A DNA stretch of 64,000 nucleotides, from assembly GCA_002269645.1 (NCBI GenBank), contig NIVC01001451.1:62001-126000 (forward strand), in the 5' to 3' direction. Positions within the stretch are counted from its first letter, which is position 1; each line of letters opens with the position of its first letter. This stretch comes from Macrostomum lignano (lineage: Eukaryota). A program made the position numbers and the translations under genes. The notes under the pieces are model-generated. The model did no database searches and was not told where the DNA came from. It was given only the letters and a program-made list of their open reading frames with translations. Shown here piece after piece: positions 42,227 to 63,050 of this stretch.

Positions 42227-45200
42227 TCAACAGGCGGATTCGCTGCTGTCATTATTTGGCACAGTGAGGACCGCAGCGTCAGTGAGCAGGGACCTGCCAT
42301 CCAGCAGCGCTTTGGCCAGATCGCACAGTGGATCAAACAGCTGCTGGCAAAGATTGCACCCAGTCTCCATGGCAACCGGTTCGTTTAGTTTTGATAACAT
42401 GTCAGCTAATTGTTGACCAACGGAGGCTAGCAGAGCCAGCTGACGCTCGGTTGCCATGGTTACTAGATTGGCGTTGTTTTTTAACTTGTCGATAAAGTCG
42501 ACGTCTGAGTCTGTTTGAAAACTGTCAGGATTTTCCACGAAAGTTGAGGCTGCGTAGCGTAGATGCGGGGCGGCGGACAGGCGGATGCAGCTTGCGGGGC
42601 CTTCGGGCTGCTGGCGCTGTGGGAATTACGGAATTGTGAGCAGGTTCTTAAGCACTGAGGGAGAGGCAGATTCTCAGGCACTGAGGGAGAGGCAGATTCT
42701 CAGGCACTGAGGGAGAGGCAGAGTCTCAGGCACTGAGGGAGAGGCAGATTCTCAGGCACTGGGGGAGAGGCAGATTCTCAGGCACTGAGGGAGAGGCAGA
42801 TTCTCAGGCACTGAGGGAGAGGCAGATTTCCAAGCAACGCACCCGGCAGTCAGGAACAACAGTGACGGCCGCGCAGCCCCTCATCGCATTGGGCACAGCC
42901 AGGGCGGAGCCAATTCGCAAGCCGGGCAGGCTAACTGAAGCGCATAGCAACCCCTTAGCAACCGGGACAGGCAATGCCGGCAGATTCTGAATCGGATTTC
43001 GGCATTGCCGACTAGCCAGTGCCGCTTCCAGAATGTCGAAAGCTTCGGCGACTCGAACGGCGAGGTGGTTGCGACGCTCAGCGGCGCTGGAGAGGCGATC
43101 GACCTGCTGGGCCAGGAGGGCAGCCTCTCGGCGCAGGCTGGTGGGGTCGGGCTGGTCCCTGTAGACAAGAGTTAAGAGTAAAAACTCAAGTTAAGAGAGG
43201 AGTTAAGAGTCAAGTAAAGAAAGAAGTTAAGAGTCAAGTGAAGAGAGGAGTTGAGAGTCAAGTAAAGAGAGGAGTTGAGAGTCAAGTTAAGAGAGGAGTT
43301 GAGAGTCAAGTTAAGAGAGGAGTTGAGAGTCAAGTGAAGAGAGGAGTTAAGAGTCAAGTTAAGAGAGGAGTTGAGAGTCAAGTTAAGAGAGGAGTTGAGA
43401 GTCAAGTTAAGAGAGGAGTTGAGAGTCAAGTGAAGAGAGGAGTTCAGAGTCAAGTTAAGAGAGGAGTTGAGAGTCAAGTAAAGAGAGGAGTTGAGAGTCA
43501 AGTTAAGAGAGGAATTAAGAGTCAAGTAGAGGAGTTAAGAGTCAAGTTAAGAGAGGAGTTAAGAGTCAAGTTAAGAGAGGAATTAAGAGTCAAGTAGAGG
43601 AGTTAAGAGTCAAGTAAAGAAAGGAGTTAAGAGTCAAGTTAAGAGAGGAATTAAGAGTCAAGTAGAGGAGTTAAGAGTCAAGTTAAGAGAGGAGTTAAGA
43701 GTCAAGTTAAGAGAGGAATTAAGAGTCAAGTAGAGGAGTTAAGAGTCAAGTTAAGAGAGGAGTTAAGAGTCAAGTTAAGAGAGGAGTTGAGAGTCAAGTA
43801 GAGGAGTTAAGAGTCAAGTTAAGAGAGGAATTAAGAGTCAAGTTAAGAGAGGAGTTAAGAGTCAAGTAGAGGAGTTAAGAGTCAAGTTAAGAGAGGAGTT
43901 AAGAGTCAAGTTAAGAGAGGAGTTAAGAGTCAAGTTAAGAGAGGAATTAAGAGTCAAGTTAAGAGAGGAGTTAAGAGTCAAGTAGAGGAGTTAAGAGTCA
44001 AGTTAAGAGAGGAATTAAGAGTCAAGTTAAGAGAGGAGTTAAGAGTCAAGTAGAGGAGTTAAGAGTCAAGTTAAGAGAGGAGTTGAGAGTCAAGTTAAGA
44101 GAGGAGTTAAGAGTCAAGTTAAGAGAGGAGTTAAGAGTCAAGTTAAGAGAGGAGTTGAGAGTCAAGTAAAGAGAGGAGTTGAGAGTCAAGTTAAGAGAGG
44201 AGTTGAGAGTCAAGTTAAGAGAGGAGTTGAGAGTCAAGTGAAGAGAGGAGTTAAGAGTCAAGTTAAGAGAGGAGTTGAGAGTCAAGTTAAGAGAGGAGTT
44301 GAGAGTCAAGTTAAGAGAGGAGTTGAGAGTCAAGTGAAGAGAGGAGTTCAGAGTCAAGTTAAGAGAGGAGTTGAGAGTCAAGTAAAGAGAGGAGTTGAGA
44401 GTCAAGTTAAGAGAGGAATTAAGAGTCAAGTAGAGGAGTTAAGAGTCAAGTTAAGAGAGGAGTTAAGAGTCAAGTTAAGAGAGGAATTAAGAGTCAAGTA
44501 GAGGAGTTAAGAGTCAAGTAAAGAAAGGAGTTAAGAGTCAAGTTAAGAGAGGAATTAAGAGTCAAGTAGAGGAGTTAAGAGTCAAGTTAAGAGAGGAGTT
44601 AAGAGTCAAGTTAAGAGAGGAATTAAGAGTCAAGTAGAGGAGTTAAGAGTCAAGTTAAGAGAGGAGTTAAGAGTCAAGTTAAGAGAGGAGTTGAGAGTCA
44701 AGTAGAGGAGTTAAGAGTCAAGTTAAGAGAGGAATTAAGAGTCAAGTTAAGAGAGGAGTTAAGAGTCAAGTAGAGGAGTTAAGAGTCAAGTTAAGAGAGG
44801 AGTTAAGAGTCAAGTTAAGAGAGGAGTTAAGAGTCAAGTTAAGAGAGGAATTAAGAGTCAAGTTAAGAGAGGAGTTAAGAGTCAAGTAGAGGAGTTAAGA
44901 GTCAAGTTAAGAGAGGAATTAAGAGTCAAGTTAAGAGAGGAGTTAAGAGTCAAGTAGAGGAGTTAAGAGTCAAGTTAAGAGAGGAGTTGAGAGTCAAGTT
45001 AAGAGAGGAGTTAAGAGTCAAGTTAAGAGAGGAGTTAAGAGTCAAGTTAAGAGAGGAGTTAAGAGTCAAGTTAAGAGAGGAGTTAAGAGTCAAGTTAAGA
45101 GAGGAGTTAAGAGTCAAGTTAAGAGAGGAGTTAAGAGTCAAGTTAAGAGAGGAGTTACGAGTCAAGTTAAGAGAGGAGTTAAGAGTCAAGTTAAGAGAGG

Positions 45201-46287
45201 AATTAAGAGTCAAGTAGAGGAGTTAAGAGTCAAGTTAAGAGAGGAGTTAAGAGTCAAGTTAAGAGAGGAGTTAAGAGTCAAGTAGAGGAGTTGAGAGTCA
45301 AGTTAAGAGAGGAATTAAGAGTCAAGTAGAGGAGTTGAGAGTCAAGTTAAGAGAGGAATTAAGAGTCAAGTAGAGGAGTTAAGAGTCAAGTTAAGAGAGG
45401 AGTTAAGAGTCAAGTTAAGAGAGGAATTAAGAGTCAAGTAGAGGAGTTAAGAGTCAAGTTAAGAGAGGAGTTAAGAGTCAAGTTAAGAGAGGAATTAAGA
45501 GTCAAGTAGAGGAGTTAAGAGTCAAGTTAAGAGAGGAATTAAGAGTCAAGTAGAGGAGTTGAGAGTCAAGTTAAGAGAGGAATTAAGAGTCAAGTAGAGG
45601 AGTTGAGAGTCAAGTTAAGAGAGGAGTTGAGAGTCAAGTTAAGAGAGGAGTTAAGAGTCAAGTTAAGAGAGGAGTTAAGAGTCAAGTTAAGAGGAGTTAA
45701 GCGTTAAAGCCCGATGATTAGGTGAACTAATTCAGATCAAAAATGATTTCCAACCCATCTGACAGAAGCGCAATAAAAATTAGCAGGAAAACTCGCACTC
45801 ACTTGAGCAGGCACAGGTTGCCTAGCAGCGCCCGCTGGCACCTGGGCAAGGCCTGGTCCCAGCTGAACATGTACAGACAGCCGGAGCAGGCGATGAAAGC
45901 GCCGGGCTGCAGCAGCGCCGGCCGATCCTCGGTCACCGGCTGCCAGTTGACAAACAAAGACGTTTTATTAGCCGACAGCTCCGCCCACGCGCCTGCGGAC
46001 TCAATCCTCACATTGAACAATGCATTATCAGTATTAGTAGTAGGTGCAAGCGACTCTTCTCCATCATCTATGAGACCAATTGGAGTGATTCCATTCTGAG
46101 CCAGTGGAATAAACGACACACTGGCTTGATCGGATGCTGAAGCCGACTGTAACAGTACTAGAAGATGCGGTCCAGGAGCTGATAGTACAATTTGGTTGGG
46201 ACCAGGTGAGGAGACCTGGAGACCAGGTAGAGCTGCTATCAGTTCTGGATCGGTGCATTGCGTCTTTGATGCTCTCTGTTGGTTCAT
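42227..46287 (-). CDS. Uncharacterised protein, about 396 aa, 3 exons
   Basis: Exons 46287-45803, 43158-42843, 42616-42227. Phases 2 and 0 are consistent, the frame is open, composition is coding-like GC-rich, and ATTAAA follows at about 42070. No recognisable domain. Confidence 0.6.
42652..42830. repeat. 26 bp minisatellite (GCACTGAGGGAGAGGCAGATTCTCAG)n
   Basis: About 7 copies, intronic. Confidence 0.9.
43170..45700. repeat. 24/20 bp minisatellite (GAGTCAAGTTAAGAGAGGAGTTAA)n with a 904-bp higher-order duplication
   Basis: Diagnostic variants recur 904 bp apart: 43262/44166, 43441/44345, 43614/44518, 44083/44987. Confidence 0.95.
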
Positions 46288-47900
46288 TGTTAATTTAGAC
46301 GCGTGTTAATGCGGTAAGGATGGAAGTTGATACTCTCAATATAAAAACTGAGTTTTCTTTGGCCATAGACTACGAATTCTTTCTACAAGTACATGCACCT
46401 TGGGGGCATGGAGTTTTAAAAATAGCATCTGGATTTTTAGGCTAAATTTTCATTTACTACGTCTGTTTAAACAGTGTCTCAGAGCATCTCACACTCTCCC
46501 AGCTTTGGTCTCTCACAGTCTCTCACAGTTTCTCCAAAGTCTCACAGTCTCTCACAGTGTCTCGCAGCCTATCACAGTTTCTCTAAAGTCTCTCAGTCTC
46601 TCCGAGTCTCTCGCAGCCTCTCACAGTTTCTCTAAAGTCTCTCCAAGTCTCTCAGTGTCTCGCAGCCTCTCACAGTTTCTTCAAAGTCTCTCCGAGTCTC
46701 TCTCAGTGTCTCACAGCCTCTCTCAGTTTCTCATGTTTTACAGTTTCACTCTCAAAGTCTCTTCGAGTCTCTCACTCTCGCTTAGTCTGTTAGTTTCTCA
46801 CAGTCTCTCCCAGCCTCTGTCTCTTACATTGTCTCATATTCTCTCAGTCTCTCCCAGTCTATCACAGTGTCTTTTTGTGAATGGAGAGAATTTTCTACAA
46901 AATGTGGTGGAACCTTGATTATTTTTTATCCTAAATCTAGGGTCTAGGGATCTAGGGTCTGACTCTATTTTGGATACAATATATAGAACTCCATGCATAG
47001 AAAACATGATGGTCTAAGTTTAAAAAATTTTTCAGCATCTTTTCTCTTGGCTTGTACCATTTGAGATCATTTTTCTTTTTAAGTGTTAACTTTCTGTTAT
47101 TTAAAGATGTATTTGTTGCTTTTGAATCAGGGCCTAAATATAGTTGGTTAATTATATATATATGCAACTGCTAGCTAATTAGCCAACTATAAACTATAGC
47201 AAACCAAGGGTAAGCCTAAATCATAAAATTGATGACTAAAAATGATTCTTGGATCTTAGTCTTAAGCAATGCAATTTAGACTAGGTCTATCTATAGTTTT
47301 TATCTTAATTGTAAATAACAAATTTTAGATCATAAAGACCTAGCTTTAGAAGTGAAAAATGTGACTAATTTAGATTTAAACTAACATTTATTAATAATTA
47401 TTGGTTTTATCCACTTTTAAAGTAGAAAATTTGGAATATATACACTATGATTAATAACTAAGTCTAAGGTAATAATATATACATTACATTTATTGAATAT
47501 TGAGCATAATAAAACAATAATTGATAAATATGCCTAAGGCTAAACTGGTAGTATTTACTTATACGAGTATACTAGCCTACATTCTATAGCAACTTGTTAC
47601 TATGGCATAGTCTATATTACTAGTAAGCCTAGGCCTAGTGGCACTATTAGGAAGAAAAAGTTAATACTTTCTAGCTTTTATATTAATACTAATGCCTAAT
47701 AGCCTAACTAGTAACTAGCCTAGACTAAATAAACTTTTAATGTTAAGATTTCTTTTAGGAATGCTAAAAGCATTTATTATGTTATGTAGCAAGCTAACAA
47801 AATAAATAAGGCTAATGGTAGGCTAGGCCATAATGGTCTATATGACTATTTTAGGCCCTAGTCTAATGCAATGGTATTGATTATAACAAATATATGTGAC

Positions 47901-48095
47901 CAGGGGCATAGCCAGGAATTTCTTATGGGAGGATACACCAAGGTGAATTTTCTATGGGGGGAGGGGATATACCAAGGTAAAAGTGCTAAGACAGAGTTAC
48001 ATGGTAGCATGTATAACAACAAAGGGCAACAAAAAATTTTTGGTCAGGCTCTTCAGGGGGGATACACCCCCCTATCCCCCCTCCCTATGCCCCTG
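47901..48095. mobile_element. hAT-type MITE, 195 bp
   Basis: TIR CAGGGGCATAG / CTATGCCCCTG. 8-bp TSD TATGTGAC / TATATGAC (7/8 match). Confidence 0.8.
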
Positions 48096-49467
48096 TATAT
48101 GACAATAAGCATTAACTTATACAAATCTAGTAATTTCTGTATAATTCATTAACTTTGTTTATAAGTCCAACAACAAAGAGGAGAGCAGTGCCTAATGCTA
48201 TATATAATATATGCCTAGTAGGCCTAGCCCTATTGCTATTAGGCCTATCCTGCAGTTTACAATTGCAACTTTTAATTTCAGTCATTCTTAATACTCATAG
48301 TTCAAAAGTGGCACAATCAATGATTCAATTGACTACTAGGCCCTATGCAAAGGATAGTTTCTATATGGGTAGGTCCCCCTAAAATGTATGTTTTGATAGG
48401 CTTAATGCAAATCGCAATAATATCTATACATACCTTGGACATTGAAATTTTTGTTCCTAAGCCTAAGGTAACAATTGAGGAGGTGCAAATTTGCTTCCTT
48501 GCCAAAATTTCTGAGCGCACTCCATATATAGCTAACAATTTTCACGTGTTAGGGCCTAACAACACTCAAAAGAGCAAAAAACCTAGAGTGCAATCTTTCT
48601 GTTGAGAAAGGTTATTATCAAATAAATGGATCAGCACAGACTTTACAGAGCCTATAGAGCCTCAGAGGTGAGCGAGCAGGTCAAGGTCAAGGAAAGGATT
48701 GTTTTTATCTCGTGATAGTATAACTAGCCTGTAAGCCTACTATTATTATATATCTGAAATAGTTCTATGCATACTTTAAAACGAAACATCTTCATTTATC
48801 TCAAATAAACTATTATTTATATAGTTTACTCTAAAAATTATATCAATTTTATTAGCTTCGTAGCACTAGTACTTAATTTCTTTATTTTTTATTTGAAAAG
48901 CAGGCCGGTGATTTTATCGCTCTTCTAATTAATGTCAATAATTGTTCAAAAGTTATAAAATAATATTGTTAAGTACATATGGGACAACTATTTTTATATT
49001 TTATCATCGTTAGGTCGTTTTGATTATTATTTTATTGTTAATACACGTAACACATTTTTAAAGCCCCTCTCCCTCAGTGACTAAGAAAATTACGGAATAG
49101 CGACGTTTGGACGGTTTGCCAGCCGACGTTTGCCAGCCGACGTTTGCCAGCCGGACATTTGCAGGCAGCTTGGTTAAATAATTATGCCCTCTCTAGGCTT
49201 ATACGAGTATATGGATGTATACTCGTAGTCTCGTAGCAGTCAGTTGGCCATGGCACGAAAGCGACACGTACACAGTACTCGCAATTGATTTCAAGTTGGA
49301 TTTTAGTTTATCCAACTCTTTCCTACCACTTTGCTAATCAGATCCACTTTCTCGATTTCAGATGACCTAGCGTGGACCTGGCACTAGTCCATTCTAATAT
49401 CTTCTAGTATCCGTGGTGTATCCATTGTTTTTGTAGTTTTTTGCCAATATTTTGCAACAGTCGGGAA

Positions 49468-49777
49468 CAGGGGCGTCGCCACCGGGGGGGGTGCAGGGGG
49501 GACATGCCCCCCCCCCAGATAAAAGTTGTGGGGGGGACATATCAATATGTTTTGTCCCCCCCCCGAACCTCATGAAATGAAAATCAATAACCCGTTATGA
49601 AAATCAATAATTTTGCTTCAGGGTGATAAAATATAGTGCCTGTGGCACGCATGAGAGTGCCTGCAGCGCCAAATGAGCGCTGACAACACCGATTTCTCTG
49701 AAAATAAAAATGTACATGTACATGTAGAATTCTTGGCTTTGTCCCCCCACCATAAAATCCATGGCATGACGCCCCTG
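49468..49777. mobile_element. hAT-type MITE, 310 bp
   Basis: TIR CAGGGGCGTC / GACGCCCCTG. 8-bp TSD GTCGGGAA / ATCGGGAA (7/8 match). Confidence 0.82.
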
Positions 49778-50652
49778 ATCGGGAATACAATTTAGCATCG
49801 CGTAAAACAATTTAGCTTCAATTATATTAGCAATATTGTTTCTGTGCTTTCTTTTTCGTTGGTTTTCTGTTTTGTCCGCCTGTCCGTCTATTTCTGTCCA
49901 TCTCTTTGTATTGTGCAGCTTTTCGCATTGTCAGAGTCAGTAGTATGAAATCATTTTTAGTTTTAAAAATAGTCGTTACTGATCTACATCAATATTTTTC
50001 AGCATTTTAGTTTGCTATTTCTTTTTGTTAAGGCGGTAATACAAATGCTTTAAATAAAGCAACGAAAATTTTGAGTGCATTTAGCGATTTTTTACCGTTT
50101 TTCGGTTCTCTCCGTTTGTTTATTGCTAAATGGCTTTTAAATTTCTGTTGTTTATTTCAGCACTAAGTTTGCGGCAGAGAAATCGAAGGCTTAAAGAGAG
50201 AAAAAGGCTTTATTTTTACACGCTCTACTGACAGTTTAGCTAGAAGACGATTTTGCGGCAAAATGCATGCAAAGAATCTGGATTTACTGACAGTTCGACG
50301 CTTCATAGTTACATGTAACTGGTTAAACAGAATTAAAGAAGTAGCAGCTAATGACAGGAAAATTGATTAGTTGCAAATGTTTTTTAAAACTTTATGGGGA
50401 CAATCAAATAGCATTGTTTACGACAGAGACAAATACGCATTATAGACTAACACCAAATCATGAAGGCAGCCAATCAGATTTCTCCAGCAGCGGCCTTGAA
50501 CCCCAATCACACAATGCTATCGTGCCGCCCTATCCGCAGCCAATCAGATGATTCCCGCAGCAGCGGCATTGAACCCAAATCACGCAATGCTATCGTGCAG
50601 CCCTATCCGCAGCCAATCAGATGATTCCCGCAGCAGCGGCATTGAACCCAAA

Positions 50653-59450
<8,798 letters not shown>

Positions 59451-59456
59451 GGCTGG

Positions 59457-60130
59457 ACTGTCCGAGTCTGAATTCAGCTTGTCCGAGTCTGTGTCCGAGT
59501 TGTCCGAGTTTGTATAAGTCTTTCCGAGACTGTCTGGTTTGTCCGAGACTGTGTCTGGCTTGTCCGAGTCTGTGTCCGGCTTGTCCGAGTCCGTTTCCGG
59601 CTTGTCCGAGTCTGTGTCCGGCTTGTCCGAGTCTGTGTCCGGCTTGTCCGAGTCTGTGTCCGGTTTTCCCGAGCCTGCGTTCGGGCTTGTCCGAGTCTTT
59701 GTCTGAGTTGTCCGAGTCTGTGTAAGTCTTTCCGAGACTGTCTGGTTTGTCCGAGTCTTTTTCTGAGTTGTCCGAGTCTGTGTAAGTCTTTCCGAGACTG
59801 TCTGGTTTGTCCGAGTCTTTGTCTGAGTTGTCCGAGTCTGTGTAAGTCTTTCCGAGACTGTCTGGTTTGTCCGAGTCTGTGTCCAGCTTGTCCGAGTCCG
59901 TGTTCGGCTTGTCCGAGTCTGTGTCCGGCTTGTCTGAGTCTGTGTCCGGCTTGTCCGATTCTGTGTCCGGCTTGTCCGAGTCTGTGTCCGGCTTGTCCGA
60001 TTCTGTGTCCGGCTTGTCCGAGTCTGTGTCCGGCTTGTCCGAGTCTGTGTCCGGCTTGTCCGAGACTGTGTCCGGCTTGTCCGAGTCTGTAACCGGTTTG
60101 TCCGAGTCCGTATCGGGTTTGTCTGAGTAT
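59457..60130. repeat. 21 bp minisatellite (TTGTCCGAGTCTGTGTCCGGC)n immediately upstream of the receptor ATG
   Basis: About 30 copies, with an internal unit of about 60 bp repeated at 59680-59870. Confidence 0.92.
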
Positions 60131-60833
60131 GTATCCTGTTCTCTATCTACAGTCCGCGTCTGTGTCCGAATCGGTTTGTCTGTTCGAATTTTTTCCGTAT
60201 AAATCAGCCAATTAAATCCAGCTAATGTCAGTTTTGCAGCAGCCTGTTCCCAAGTGAGAACAGAACGACACTCGCAGAAATAAATATGGGCCAGAGCTGG
60301 CCAAGGAAGCCAGCCGCGCGCCTATCGAGTTACTCGTTGGCTGTGCGGAGTTCAGTTTTTTTTGCTTTTCTCTTGCGTTTTTCTTCTTTCCTGGTCTTCC
60401 ACCCTCAGTCCAGAACAAGCAGATGTCATTTTTTGCACCAAAATTTGTCAATCAATACTTGGGCGTCTTAACTAGCATGTAGTCAGGGCGAGGGTGAATA
60501 ATACGCTCGTAGAGGAGAGAAGACAGAGAGGGTCTCGGTTAGAGATCTTGTGAAAATATGCCGAAAGTAGAAAGGAGAGGACAGTGGCGAGCGGCGGCCT
60601 GACAACGGTTTTTGGATTTTATTAAGAGACAGTTAAGGCGGGGCTGTGGGTTCGAGCGAGTGTTCAACACCTGGCTTTCTCCTCTCTGGCTAATTTTTAC
60701 TCTATTGAATTTTTCGGTTCTTGGTCATCCAGAGATGCATTAAAAATTTATGACAATGCTGGCTTCATGCTGACACAGCTGCGGTTCACGTGCTGCGGGT
60801 GGAGGGCACGGACTGAAGAAGACACTCTCGGAT

Positions 60834-61399
<566 letters not shown>

Positions 61400-61889
61400 C
61401 GGTACAGCAATTCCGAGTCGCTTATCATCATGATTTCTGAGCCAATAAAGCGATGCAGCGGAGCCTGCAGTTTGCGCATCACAAAGCAGTTCGGCTTACC
61501 GAAATCCGATCCGGTTTTCAGACCTTCGGCGCTATGTGCCTTCCCAGAGGGATCGAAATGTCCTCCAGGCAGCGATCCTTGGTTGGCAACAAGATTTTCA
61601 AGATTTGAAGCAGATCCGACTGTGTTGCAGGGCGCCCTTCCCGAATGCAAATTTAAAATTTCAATGCTGAGCGCGTGGCTGCTTCACACGGGTCAGGAGG
61701 ATAAACAGCGAAAGCAGACTTGGGAGTAAGCAGCGCCAGTTGGGGATTGGCTTTCTGGCATCCTCGCTTTGGATTCAAATTGTGTTGAAGCGTCTCTTAG
61801 TTGCTACCGTATGCGTTTTATGCTTTCAAGTGTGCGTGTATGTGTCACTTCTGGTCATTAAGGAAGTTTGGAGGACACACAGTGTGTTA

Positions 61890-62160
61890 TAAAGACACAC
61901 GGGTGCTGGAAGGACACACACGGGTGCTGGAAGGACACACGGGTGCTGGAAGGACACACACGGGTGCTGGAAGGACACACACGGGTGCTGGAAGGACACA
62001 CACGGGTGCTGGAAGGACACACACGGGTGCTGGAAGGACACACACGGGTGCTGGAAGGACACACACGGGTGCTGGAAGGACACACGGGTGCTGGAAGGAC
62101 ACACACGGGTGCTGGAAGGACACACACGGGTGCTGGAAGGACACACAGGTGCTGGAAGGC
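61890..62160. repeat. 19-21 bp minisatellite (GGGTGCTGGAAGGACACACAC)n
   Basis: About 13 copies, abutting the LINE ORF1. Confidence 0.92.
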
Positions 62161-63050
62161 TTCAAAAAGTGTGGAGTGCTGTTGACTCCTATCTGATTGA
62201 GCTGACTGTCGAGGAGGGAATCTCCATCGGCGTTGAGCGGATGGTGCTGCGAAGCACATTCGTTCTTATTGCTCCTAGCAGCGAGGAGGACGCTCGGCGG
62301 CTGCTCCAGCGGCTACCGACGGTCTCCTTGGATGCTGACCTTGGTGGAGCTCTTTTTCTTCGCGAGGGCCAGCGTCCAAAGACGATACCCTATGTGGTTT
62401 TCGTCCCTGCTAAGAGCACCGCAGCTGGACCAGACGTTATTCGCCGGGTCCTACTGCGTCTGAACCCCGACCTCCCTGCTAGTGGACTGGTGTATCACCG
62501 CAAAGTCCGCAGGGGGGAGACGGGCAACTCAATTGTCCTCGGCCTTTCCAGCACTTGGGCGAGTCGGTACCCTAATGGATCCTCTTTCCAGCTGGGTGCC
62601 CTCAAGCTCAAGTTGCGCCGAGGAAAGTCTGCCAAAGGGAAGGCTACTGCCAACCCCGGCATCTCCGGCAAGAGCGGGGCGCAGTCTAAGGCCCAAGGAA
62701 AGGCGCAAGCCGATCCCAAAGCCAAAGCTGCATCTCGCCCCTCTGCTAGCAGCAGTTCGGCGACCGCGGTAACGGCTCCGGCCGAGCCCCGGGAACCAAA
62801 CCTGCCAGTCGGAGAAGGAGTTGAGGACGAGGCCGGGTCTTCGGAATCCGAGCTCTCCTCGGCCACCTTGGTGGGGTCTGAAGGTAAAGATGCAGGTGAG
62901 GAAGCTTCCTCCATCCTGTCATCGGAGCCTGAGGACTCTGCTGGGGGGGCCGGTGGGGGTGAGGAGGCCATGGACGTCGACCAACTCCCATCTCCCAGTC
63001 AAGCCCCAGCGGCCTGGGACGAGGACGATCTGTTGTCCAAGTCTCCTTGA
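62088..63050 (+). CDS. LINE ORF1 (gag-like, possibly DUF4780-type); true start uncertain
   Basis: 320-codon frame whose first 25 or so codons come from the minisatellite. The segment VIRRVLLRLNPDLP...GNSIVLGL...FQLG is followed by a basic, then acidic, low-complexity tail. Confidence 0.6.
   Translation: MLEGHTRVLEGHTRVLEGHTGAGRLQKVWSAVDSYLIELTVEEGISIGVERMVLRSTFVLIAPSSEEDARRLLQRLPTVSLDADLGGALFLREGQRPKTIPYVVFVPAKSTAAGPDVIRRVLLRLNPDLPASGLVYHRKVRRGETGNSIVLGLSSTWASRYPNGSSFQLGALKLKLRRGKSAKGKATANPGISGKSGAQSKAQGKAQADPKAKAASRPSASSSSATAVTAPAEPREPNLPVGEGVEDEAGSSESELSSATLVGSEGKDAGEEASSILSSEPEDSAGGAGGGEEAMDVDQLPSPSQAPAAWDEDDLLSKSP

Noticed and set aside
61400-61730. Unique GC-moderate stretch as an extra exon
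   Set aside because: No convincing pair of splice sites or recognisable peptide. It is more likely upstream non-coding sequence.
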